Shown here in pieces: positions 39,412-50,097 of a stretch of 64,000 nucleotides of DNA (positions are counted from its first letter, which is position 1; each line of letters starts with the position of its first letter). Both the position numbers and the translations under genes were made by a program. The notes under the pieces were generated by a model that had not been told where the DNA came from, did no database searches, and was given only the letters and a program-made list of their open reading frames with translations. Origin of the DNA: Heteronotia binoei (taxonomy: Eukaryota); assembly GCF_032191835.1 (NCBI RefSeq), contig NC_083226.1, positions 125,426,001 to 125,490,000 of the forward strand. Direction: 5' to 3'.

Positions 39412-40077
39412 TAGGATTGCAAAGTCCAATTCAAGAAATATCTGGGGACTTTGGGGGTGGAGCCAGGAGACTTTAGGGGTGGAGCCAGGAGACATTAGGG
39501 TGGAGCCAGGAACAAGGGTGACAAGCGGGAGTTCTGGCCATCACATTTAAAGGGACAGCACACCCTTTTAAATGTCTTCCTTCCATAGGAAATAATGAAG
39601 GATGGGGCACCTTCTTTTGGGGCTCACAGAATTGGACCCCCTGGTCCAATCATTTTGAAACTTGGGGGGCACTTTGGGGAGAGGCACTAGATACTATACT
39701 AAAAATTTGGTGCCTCTACCTCAAAAAACAGCTCCCACAGAGTCCCCGAAACCTCCAGATCAATTCCTCATTATACCCTATGAGAAACAATCTCCACATA
39801 GGGAATAATGAAGTGCTCAGCGGACGTTTCCCTCCCCCCCCCCCGTTTCTGGCGACTCTGAAGCGACAGATTTGCATCTCTACTCACAAGTTGCTGCCAA
39901 CTTCTTCAAAGTAACACAGACACACCATCCCAAGAGGAAGCCTTTCAGTCAGAGACCAAAGCCTCCAAAGGCATATGGTCCCCTGGGGTCGGGCTTCCCC
40001 CCGCCAGACTGGGGGTGGGAAGGAGTTTGGGAAAGCAGAAGAACCCCCGCTGGGACCTGAGGACTGGCAAGCCTATC
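39412..40077. mobile_element. Non-autonomous DNA transposon with TAGG(A/G)TTGC(C)A-type ends and GGTGGAGCCAGG triplicate
   Basis: TAGGATTGCAA ... TGGCAAGCCTA imperfect inversion; three GGGTGGAGCCAGG repeats at about 39455-39512. Confidence 0.6.
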
Positions 40078-40433
40078 TCCTCCCCCCCCATTAAATTTGT
40101 CTGCTAATTATTTATTATATTGGACTTCTAGCCCTCCCTCCGTTGTGCAACAAGGCTTAGAGTGGAGTACAACAAATTAAAATAATAATCAGAGTATTAA
40201 AAACAATACCATACAGAATAATCAAAGATAAAATCAGATGGCACCATAGACAGGGCCTGGATCTGATCTGGAAGCATGGACATAAACAATGGTGTGGGGG
40301 ATCTCAGGCCTCCCCCAAACTTTTTCAGAGGGGTCTAAGCCTCCCCCAGGCAACCATTGCCAGGCAATATTGAATTTAAAACTTTTCTCTATGTGGTTCC
40401 GCCCCCCCCTCTGGACTGCAAAGGACTTCAGTG

Positions 40434-41482
40434 TGTAATGACCTTCCAGACTCACCCTCTTACAAATGCTAATTAAGGTAGCAGGTTAGACAATGGGATG
40501 GTTAAACATCCCCTTCCCTCCCCACCCCCATTCTTCAAGCAAGGAGGTATCAAATACCTCGAAAGTCTTTAGGAAGACAGATCTCAGGAAACAGGAAAAG
40601 CTGCCTTGGGTGGGGAAACATAATTGATAACATTGCTTGTAGAAGAGACAGTCTCTTGCAGCTGGGTCCATTGGGGAGATGGACCTCTAACCATAGGTTT
40701 AGGGAAGGCAGCCATTTTTGTCTATCTGGCTGGCCTAGAGGGCTGAAGGACACTTGTCCTAAAATAAAATTTGTCCTAAAATAATAACTTGTCCTAAAAT
40801 AAAATGCTTTCCTGAAATAAAATGCTTAGCCTAATAGCTGCCATATTGAACCGCTGTTACTAACCATGAGAAAGACCTTGCATATCAAAGTAGAATGTTG
40901 TAGATTGTTGCCAGTGCTTGATGTGAACCTCTCTCTCCCTAATACTAACAAAAGCAAGAATTCCCCTTTGAAGATAAAGTGCCTCCAGGGACGAGCCTTT
41001 TGGCCATCCCAGGAAGACAAACCGTAGGAATAAGATAAGAGAGAGGGACCGTGTGAACCTTCACACCTCAGCTCAGCAATGTTTAGAATTGTGGCTTTTG
41101 TTTAGAAATCTTTGATGTAGCCTTCTTAAGTATGCGTTGTACTGTTATATGGTATCAGTCCCAGCTTCTTCATTCCAGTGCATATGGAGTATCAAATAAA
41201 GCCTATCTTTGTATCAATTCAAGGTCTGGTTGCTTTGAAACCTTATTGCCTGACAGTAAACAGTAATTGTGATCTGCAGATGTTTTTGATTGTAACTTTG
41301 CACTCTCTAGTGTAATAACTAAAGTTTTTGATAGCCAGAACACACTAGTCCTTGGAAATGTTTGATGTCTGTCAGAAAAGAAAGTATAGTCTTTAAACCT
41401 GGCTGGCTCCATCCACCTTCAATGTAGCAACCGTTAGACTGTGAGACCTCTGTTGGGCCTACTTTTTGGGTTCTAATTTACA
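40434..41482 (+). mobile_element. LTR-like segment (ERV-type solo LTR?)
   Basis: Starts TGTAA, ends TTACA; (TTGTCCTAAAATAA)3 at about 40763-40803; AATAAA near 41196. No TSD found, boundaries uncertain. Confidence 0.45.
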
Positions 41483-42021
41483 TTTTGGGAGAAAGGGTGT
41501 CTCTGTTTTATTTTACTTGGGTCTATATAATCTTGATTGAAGACAGCTGTTGTTTTCATGGAGTCGAAGGGTGGGGGACTGCTTCAGCCACTTTTCAGCT
41601 CTTCTTTCAATTTCCATTTCATTTTTAAATGATAAGCCCATCTACATGAACAAGACTGGGGAGAGGACATGCCAACTAGAGGCCTTCTTAAAATTTTCTT
41701 TTGCCCTGTGTGCAGCCCAGAGACAACATTGGCAAAGAATGTGCACTCTGTACTTTTTTGTGCTTTTATTTATTTATTTATTACGTTCAACTTATATCCC
41801 GCCCTCTCCGCAAGAGGACTCATTTTACTTTTACTTAAAATGGTGTGGTACAGTTTAAAAGGGGGCAACTGAGATGTATTTAAAGGAATGACAGGATTGC
41901 CCATTAAAAACAATGGGAGAGATCTGAAGATCCATTGGAGTTAATCAGAACAGGAATGCCAATTGACTTGCATGGGCTCCAATAAAATACATTACAGCAA
42001 TAAAAAGTTGCAAAGAAATTA

Positions 42022-42850
42022 GAATCACAGAGTTGGAAGGGACATCTAGGATCATCTAGTCCAACCCCTTGCACAATATAGGAAATTTACAAATATCTCC
42101 CCTTCGACCCCCAGTGACCCCTGCTCCATGCCCAGAAGATGGCAAAAAAACAACAACACCCCAAACCCTCCAGGAACCCTGGTCAAACTGGCTTGGAGAA
42201 AAATTGCTGCTTAACCCAAAAGTGGGGCCATGAGATCTAAGCATTGATGCAACACATCCTGTCCTCCTCATGATCTGCCTAAATTCACAGAATCAGCATA
42301 GCTGTCAGATGGCCATCTAGTCTCTATTTTAAAACTTTCAAAGAAGGAGAGGCCACCACCTCCGGAGGAAGCCTGTTCCACTGTGGAACCACTCTAACTG
42401 TCAGGAAGTTCTTCCTAATGTTTAGCTAAAAACTCTGGTCTGACCTTCTGGGGAAAGAGAAAACAACTCTGCACTATCCTCTATATGACAGCCCTTAATG
42501 ATTGTGATCATATCACCTCTCAGTCACCTCCTCTCCAGGCTAAGCTTACCCAGCTCTTTCAGCCTTTCCACATAGGACTTGGTCTCCAGACCCTTCACCA
42601 TCTTCGTTGTCCTCCTCTGGACATGTTCCAGCTTGTCTATATTGTTCTTAAACTGTGGTGCCCAAAATTAACCAGAGCAGAGTAAAGTGATACCATCACT
42701 TTGCTTCATCTGGACACTATACTTCTGTTGATACAGCCCAAAATTGCATTGGCCTTTATAGCTACCACATCCCACTGCTGACTCATCTTCAGTGCATGGT
42801 CCATTAAGACCCTTAGATCCCTTTCACACATACTATTGCCAAGGCACATA
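42022..42850 (-). mobile_element. CR1 LINE 3' fragment with internal deletions
   Basis: Colinear with 33111-33830. Confidence 0.85.
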
Positions 42851-42859
42851 CTACTGCCA

Positions 42860-43860
42860 AATTGGAAAGTCTACGCCCCTGTCTGGAAGGGAATTCCACC
42901 AGGCTGGGACCAGAGCTGAGAAGACCTGGATTGCATGGGTTGAGGTAAGACAAATACTTTTTGGCCCACAGTATTCACAGAGCACAGTGCTCTCTGAGGG
43001 ATCTACCAGGAGAGACAGTCTCATAGATTTGTTGGTCCCAGACCATGTAGGGCTTTGAAGGTTAAAATGAAGAACTTGCATTTGCTCCAGTATTCAGCTT
43101 GAAGCCAGTGCAGCTGGCAGTTGTATATGGGCTCTAAAAGGAGTGATTGTAAGCACCCAGTCAACTGAATTCTGGACTAGTTGCAGTTTCTGGGTCAGTC
43201 TCAAGGGCAGCCCTGCATAAAGCAAGTTATAATAGTCTAGCCTGGAGGTGATCGTTGCATGAATCACTCTGACTAAGCTGGGGTGAGACAGGAAAGGAAC
43301 CAGTTGCCAGACTTGATATAGGTGGAAAGTCTGGCAACATTTGTGATCTGGGTCTCCACTGAAAGTAGGCATCCAGAATCACTCCCAGGCTCTTCATGTG
43401 CGATCTTGGTGTCAATGGTTCACTTTCAAGGTCTGGAATTTGGTATCTCAATCTGGGATCTCCCCAACTCAACCACAGGACATTGACAGATTTAGTTTCA
43501 GCTGACTCTGCTTCAACTAACCAACTACAGCCTCTAGACCCCAGATTGTCTGGGGCGATATTTGGCCAGTTGTCCATCAGCAGATATAGCTGGGTGCCAT
43601 CAGTGTATTGGTGAGATCCCAGCCCAAAGCTTCATATCATGTAGTTGTTAAATAACATTGGGGAGAGGATCACCCCTGAGGGACACTGCAAACCAAAGGG
43701 TTTCGCACAGAAACCCACACCCCAAGTGCCCACCCTCTGTTCCTGACCATGGAGAAATGAGTCAAACCATTTTAGGGCAGTCCCATGAATCCCCATGTCA
43801 TTGAGGTGGTGGGTCAGTAGGTCATAACTGACCGTATCAAAACCTGGGTCTGGCCCTGAT
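42860..43860 (-). mobile_element. L2-clade LINE RT fragment
   Basis: Minus strand: FDTVS, LKWFDSFL, QYTDGTQL (YADDTQL-like), ITSRLDYYNLLYAGLP..KLQLVQN. Confidence 0.82.
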
Positions 43861-46800
43861 TGTGCATTTTATATGAGTGACTTGATATAGTTCAGAATAG
43901 AAGGATAGTGAAAGCTCATGTCAAGGCTGAATGTTCTTTACAGGAACCATGCCTTCCACCTTGAAAGGTACTACTGTGGATTGTTTGTGTTGTTCAACAC
44001 ATTATTTCATTGTGAGCTTTGTCTTATCACTTCAGTGTAGGGACATATTTTTACATGAGACATCAATCTGATATAGTTTTGTCCATATCTGTCTTTGAAA
44101 CATTAGCTGCTGCTGCTGTGCCAATGGAACAGTGAGGAGTTGTTCAATAACTGGAGAAATCTGAACAGTTCTTGCTTCATATTGTCCCCCTCTGCTGCAG
44201 CCATCTGTAAAGCCTTTTTGAGTGTCCATATAACTCTCTCATTAGCTTGCAGCCAGTGTGGTGTGTTTTTTCTATGTTTGAATCAAAGATAATTTGAAAA
44301 CAGAAAACTGCAAGGTGGCCCCTTGTAACAACAGCTGGTATACTATAAAATGAAAATATAGTGTATTGTTTGGTTCTCCTGGCATGATTTTTCCATAAAC
44401 TCTCCTCATTAAAAAAGAATCAATTTTTCAGAGAAAAAGAAACTCAAAGGGTTCCCCCCCCATACATGGCACAGAGAGAGAGAGCATGGTGAACAAGTGT
44501 ACTTTGTATTGCCACCTGAACATTGCTCAATTTTTATTTTTTATGAACCCTAATGCCTTTCCAGGGCATTGTCTCCAACCTCTTTTTAAGCTAGTAGCTC
44601 TCAAACATTTTGAAGTAGGACCAAACTCCCTCTAAGCTGTGGAGTCTTGTAAGCAAAAATTCTACTTCATGAGCTACTGGCATTAAAGTTGTGAGCAAGG
44701 GACTTGCCTACTCCATAATGTGTGAGCCAGAGGCTAAAAAACTGTGACCTAGCTCACATTAACCCAACTTAGAGGAAACATTGAGTAGGGCCCATTTTTA
44801 CATTTACCATACTTTTGTGCAGGCCTCATTTTTGGCAGGAATTCACATGAGCAGAGCTCCGGAACCTCTAGATGTTATTGTGTTTTTTCTTATTCTAACC
44901 CCTCCCCCCCCCAAAAAAAACCCCACTTGTTTCTGGGCTCCATTGTTCATATCCCTTGTGAGAATTTTGCTGATCTCTAAGATTTGACAAACTTTCTAAT
45001 ATTTTCCCTCACAAAAAATGGGGGGGGGGACCAAAACATATAACGCAGACAGATGGAAACCTTCATCATGCCACTGCGGTCACATAGGAGAAAGTAATTT
45101 TAAAAGTATGATGGGACTGGGAGTAAGGTTTTCTTATGACAATTATAATTCAAGAAGCATTTTAAGGTAGATGCTGAGCTGATATAATTTAGTACACCTT
45201 CCGGTGATGTCAGGGGTGTGTGGCATATGCAAATGAGCTATGCAAATGAGTTGTACTAATGAGCTCTGGCATCTCTTTTTCGATGAAATGACCTCTGCTT
45301 TTGTGGGACCCACTTCTAAACTTACTGTAGTTTCTAGGATTTATTTGCAGTTCGTAGCTAAGGTGGGGCATTTGATAGAATAGTTGTGGGCATTTCTACC
45401 TCTGAATACCAGCTATAATCATCAATCACAAACAAAAGATGATCACAGAAATCTACACTGATCTCAACCTGTAGTGATGGAGGTAGTGGTATAGAACAGT
45501 TTTGTGGAATTGCTGCTTGGCACAGAGTATGAGACTTGACTTGCTAAGTGACGTTTTAATCAGCCCTGAGACACCATACTTTCTCTTTCAATGAAATTTG
45601 GGTTTTAACTACTCCGTGGGGATCTTCATAAGCCAGATCCACTGCAAGGTTCCCTAGTGAATGTGAGATAACTGTGTGCCATGAAGGAGGAGGATATTTG
45701 CAGTAGCAGTAAATTAAGTCCTAATATTACCAAAAGAGCTGATGACTGCTCGAGCCTCAGTAGAGAAAAGTTATAGATTATTTAGAAGATTTTCCCACCA
45801 GCATTATGGACAGTCTTGGCCATTCTCTGGAATCATGAATCAGCACATGCAGCAGTGTCTATGTCATGAAGAGAAAGAGAAAAGAAAATTAGAGCATGCC
45901 CAACCCACTACAAAAGTCTCCATTCCTACTTGAGAATGTCTTCTTCAGTGGGTAAGAGAGCTTTACTAGGATAGGCAATGGTAGAAACATGACAACACAG
46001 ATCAATCTGTATGAGAACGGCTCTCAGGTCATCAGAGCTGACTTCCATCAAAAGTTCAGATTCTTGCATGAATCAAAGTAGGACATGATTACATAACTTG
46101 TAAAGACATTATTTAAGTCATTACAAGCAGTTTGATATATTTGACCTTTCCCACAGTTGGTCTTTGTGAGAAACCAGAGAAGCTGTGAAATCATAGCCAC
46201 AATAGTTTATAGGGTCTATCAGGCTGCAGACGTCCTTAGAATTTAGAAAAGATGTATCCAAATAATTTCAGGACAGATGTTTTAAACTCACTTTGCTTTG
46301 GTTCAATGTCAATTTATTCTTCAGTAGTCATTGATAAACAGCAGCAAGGTGCATGTCATGCTCTTCTAGTCTGGTACCAAACACTCTTCTTAATGTGGTA
46401 CTTATATTAAGAACCCCTAGAAGTCCAGCCAAAACCTCACAGATGGCATTCTGAAATAATTTCTGCACCTAAAGAGATGCCAAAGCTATTGTACTTATAG
46501 CAGCAAAGTCTCATATGTGTTGATAAATTATGACAGATCTGGATTAAGAATGAAGCTCCAGATGATAGTAACCAACACTGAGCTGAAGCTTTAAGAAGAA
46601 TTGCACACCATTCAGATCTTCAGTTAAGTCATCCACAGTGGAAGTAATTTGTCTCTCCCATTTGATAGCCTGGTTAGGTAGGCACCCAAATTCATATTTT
46701 GCCTGGTTTAGTTTTGGGGCCACTCCTATTATATGCTCAATGAGGTCAAGTCATTCCAGATGTGATAGTTCAATGTGGAGTTCTATTGTTTGTTATGAAA

Positions 46801-46918
46801 CTTGCCAGTTCCTTGAATAAGTCTTCATGAGCTTGAGGACTTTGAGTTTACTGAGGTTTATGATCTTTTAAAATTAAACCTAGGGCACTAGCCATATCAT
46901 AATTAATCAGGATATCAG

Positions 46919-47593
46919 TGTGACTGGCCAATACATACACTGGGTATGTAACTGATAAAGCCTTAAGGGGAAAGTGAGCTTGGAACACACCAGATGTTGA
47001 GAATGGCTGTGAAGTTCTATAGGAATATATCTTTACTAGGCATGCTAGGCCCCTGCCAGGGGCAGGGGATCCTCTGCTTCAGCCCACCCCCCAAGCCAAT
47101 CAACTGACCAGCAGGGGGCTATCAGAGGCAAAAGAAAGCCTAGGCATATTGTTAAAGGCATATTGTAGTGATCCACAGACCTAAGAATAGTGATTTTTGT
47201 TTCAGTTGTGGCAAACAGTGCTTTTGGTAGGGCAAGCACCTCTGTGTGGATAGGATCCTCCACAATTGTAGCAGATTATTTGTGCTATCTTCAAGGCCAA
47301 TTGTTGTACTTTGGGAAACTGTCAGCTTGAAGATGTTCTTGGCTGGTTCAGATTGGACTGTTTATGTAGTGCATGTGCAGGTTCTATTTGTGCTGAGTGT
47401 TTTCTTTCTTCTCTTATCTGGGCACAGCTTTCAGTCATTCTGCTTACTCAAGCAGGGTTCCAAATCTTGCTGAGAGTCATTTGAGGTTCTTTGTCTGGTA
47501 AGGTTCTTGTAAAATTTGCCTTTGGAGTTTGGCTAATAAAAATCCTTATATTATTTTTGCCTGTATCTCATGGTTGATATTTGCATATTCACA
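46919..47593 (+). mobile_element. LTR-like segment
   Basis: TGTGA ... TCACA ends, CCAAT near 47096, AATAAA at 47535-47540; no matching TSD. Confidence 0.35.
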
Positions 47594-48114
47594 TGAATGT
47601 GCAAGATGGTCTAATCTGGTGTGATACTGAGCTGTACTTTCTCCTCTTTGTTGTATTGTTCAATGTCAACTTGTATGTAGTTTAAAGTATTTTCAAGTGC
47701 TAATGTTGCCTTTTCATAATCATTGCTGTCTCCTGTAACAGGTAGTGCGTAAAATGTAATAACATTGTCCTTTTGGTGGTGGGGTCAGCTTTCATTGCAA
47801 GAAATAAATGTTCCAGCCTTTCACACTTATGTTCTTATATGAGCCCCAATGTACTATTATGTTTATGGACTGGAAATTCAAAAAATGTAGAATATGTCAA
47901 AAACACAATTGCTCCATGAAATGTCATAGAAAATGGGGCAGTTCCCTCTTCTTTGGGAAAAAATTATCACTGCAGTTTTTCTGAATATTGTGGAAAGTTA
48001 TGTTGTAGCCCTGACTGAAGTTGTTGGGACAGAACATTTTGGAAATGGCTGTTACAGTATGTGGAATAAGTTGGCAAGCTAACATCTAAACTGTGTAAGC
48101 AGGAATGTAAGTAC

Positions 48115-48800
48115 GTAGTAAATGGACCCCCCCCCCATGAATTATTAATGAAGGTGGCGTAGTCAGTGACATCACTTCCAGTGACGTTACCGAAAACTGT
48201 GTCAACCCCCGCATAATTAATGAAGGGGTGTGGCCAGTGACATCACCAGAAACTGCGTCATCAAGGTCATGGCCCCAATGACATCACCCAGGTCATGACC
48301 CCAGAGTCACGTGACCAGAAATTGCGTCAAATGGGGATGGAAGTGACCTATTTTGGGGGCGCCACCATGATGTAGGTACTCTGCATATTTAATTAAACAC
48401 CTCCCACCAGGAGGTGGCCTGTCTAGCCCCACCCCCTAGCCCCGCCAATCACATATATGCCCCACCATGATGTAGGTACCCTGCATATTTAATTAATTAA
48501 GCATCTCCTCCAGGAAATGACCTTACTAACTCACACCACGTGGCATAGCCAATGAGTGTCTACATCCACCCCGCAGTAACGTAGCAACCCCACATATTAA
48601 TTGAGTAGACTGGAAATCACATGTGTAGCCCCCTCCCCTGCCCCCTTCTCCAGCACCACCTACTGCAGCATCATTGAACTTCCATCTGTGGCACCCCACC
48701 TCGGAAAATGGGGGCCACCACTGAGAATGTCTGAGTAGGCCCATGCAACCCCTCTAACAACACGCCCAGCCAATAGCAAAGGGGCTGGGGCCCACCCCAC
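48115..48800 (+). promoter_or_regulatory. Maverick left terminal region (probable TIR plus promoter) with ATF/CRE-like, POU-like, GC/CACCC and CCAAT motifs
   Basis: Repeated TGACATCA, TGACGT and TGCGTCA motifs; TAATGAA twice; GGGGTGTGG; CCAAT near 48446, 48549 and 48770; 35-bp direct repeat at 48362 and 48462. TIR length cannot be set without the right end. Confidence 0.7.
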
Positions 48801-48939
48801 CAGGTTATTTTAGGAAAGGAGGCATTTGTGCTTGAACACACGTGTACAGCCTCTTGCTGAGAACATAGAAATTCCTGCCAGACCCTTGGTACTTTTCAGC
48901 CTGCAGCCATTGGTGAGATAAAATTTTAAAAGGAGATAT

Positions 48940-49579
48940 ATGAGCAGTTCTGAGGATGAAGAATTTGTTCCCACGAAGCTCCATTTCCCGGGGCCTGTTT
49001 TTGATGAAGAGACACGCGTTACTATGAACAGCGGGGAGACAACAGCTGACATGCTAGCTAAAAATGGCGTTACCCATATTTTGCAAGGCCTTCTGGAAGA
49101 TTTCCCAGACACTCAGAAACTTATTCCCTATGGCAACCAGGTTTTCCAAGAGATTCCTGATTCCCAAGAGCTGATTCCAGGTGAGAACTCTATCGCACAG
49201 GTAATTTGGGAAAGGGGAAAAGGGTGGGGGAGTAGAAAAGGTTATTGGAAACAGGCTTTGCATAGTACTTTTAACTGAAAAAATCTGCTTTTAATTTTCT
49301 AGTATTCTTCCTGCATTGAGCCACAAATCCCAGATTTAAAATTGACTGATGCCATAGAGGAGAATATTCCTTTGGAGGAAAAGATCTCCATGCAGGTATG
49401 GACCCCAGTTGTTGAGTGTTGTGTGGTGGATGTGGGGCTTGTCAAGGCTTGTAAAACTAAAATAAATGCTGTCTTTTTAACAGGAACAGCAAAAAATTCC
49501 ATTTGGCTTAACACCTGGGGAACGAGTCATTGCCATGAGAAAGCTTTTAAACATGAACGTTTTTGAACATTCTGACTAA
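48940..49579 (+). CDS. Predicted three-exon Maverick accessory gene (48940-49200, 49303-49395, 49484-49579), 149-aa acidic protein of unknown function
   Basis: ATG at 48940; donors CAG|GTAATT (49201) and CAG|GTATGG (49396); acceptors TTTTCTAG| (49302) and TTTTTAACAG| (49483). All junctions are phase 0, there are no internal stops, and it ends TAA at 49577-49579. Splicing is inferred. Confidence 0.65.
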
Positions 49580-49606
49580 ATACCACCCCGAAAACGGAAA
49601 TCAGCA

Positions 49607-50035
49607 ATGTCATCATTAGTGCGTGCGGCTGTCTATTCAATAACAATGCATTGTATCAATGAATTTTTATATGAATCTTGTGAAGGATGTCAGCGTCAGT
49701 GGCCAGCATAGAAATCACATGTATGCGTTTCTTGGTCTGAACAAATAGTAGACCGCAAGGTGAAATTTGTTACAGATGAAATTTTGATACATTCAATAAT
49801 GCAAGTTGTGAACTTGATTGGCTATTCATTGAAATGTCTGCTCTTCATGCAAGAGAATATGGACCAGATATTTGATTTATTAAATAAAGTTGGAGACGCC
49901 TCAAATTCACGCAAAACTCTTGAAACAATTTTGAAGAACTCTGACAGTGCAATGGTTAAATATGTTCAAGGCTATATCAAAGATTTGCATTTTCGTTCAT
50001 TTTTTTCTGCGTCAGAAAAAATGGCATTTCTGTGA
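49607..50035 (+). pseudogene. Maverick accessory gene with a Cys/His motif (CEGCQRQWPA*KSHVC) and one premature stop
   Basis: ATG at 49607 is in frame with track ORF 49760-50035; single TAG at 49709-49711; AATAAA at 50040, 50079 and 50092 right after the stop. Confidence 0.7.
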
Positions 50036-50097
50036 TGTAAATAAAAGCGAGATTGCAGCTGCTTTTTACTGTTTTTGGAATAAACCTTGTAAATAAA
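50036..50097 (+). terminator. Cluster of three polyadenylation signals closing the left accessory unit
   Basis: AATAAA at 50040-45, 50079-84 and 50092-97; two are directly preceded by TGTA (UGUA). Confidence 0.7.

Noticed and set aside
48404-48419. CTCF-like CCACCAGGAGGTGG in the Maverick terminus
   Set aside because: Two mismatches at core positions; too weak to call.
49201-49278. Unspliced 112-aa reading of ORF 48940-49278, and ORF 49342-49566
   Set aside because: The tails run through G-rich, intron-like sequence; the spliced model explains both fragments better, though it is unproven.
49303-49320. Possible Rb-binding LxCxE motif (YSSCIE) in the spliced accessory protein
   Set aside because: The Leu position is Ser, so I do not claim E1A homology; the analogy is positional only.
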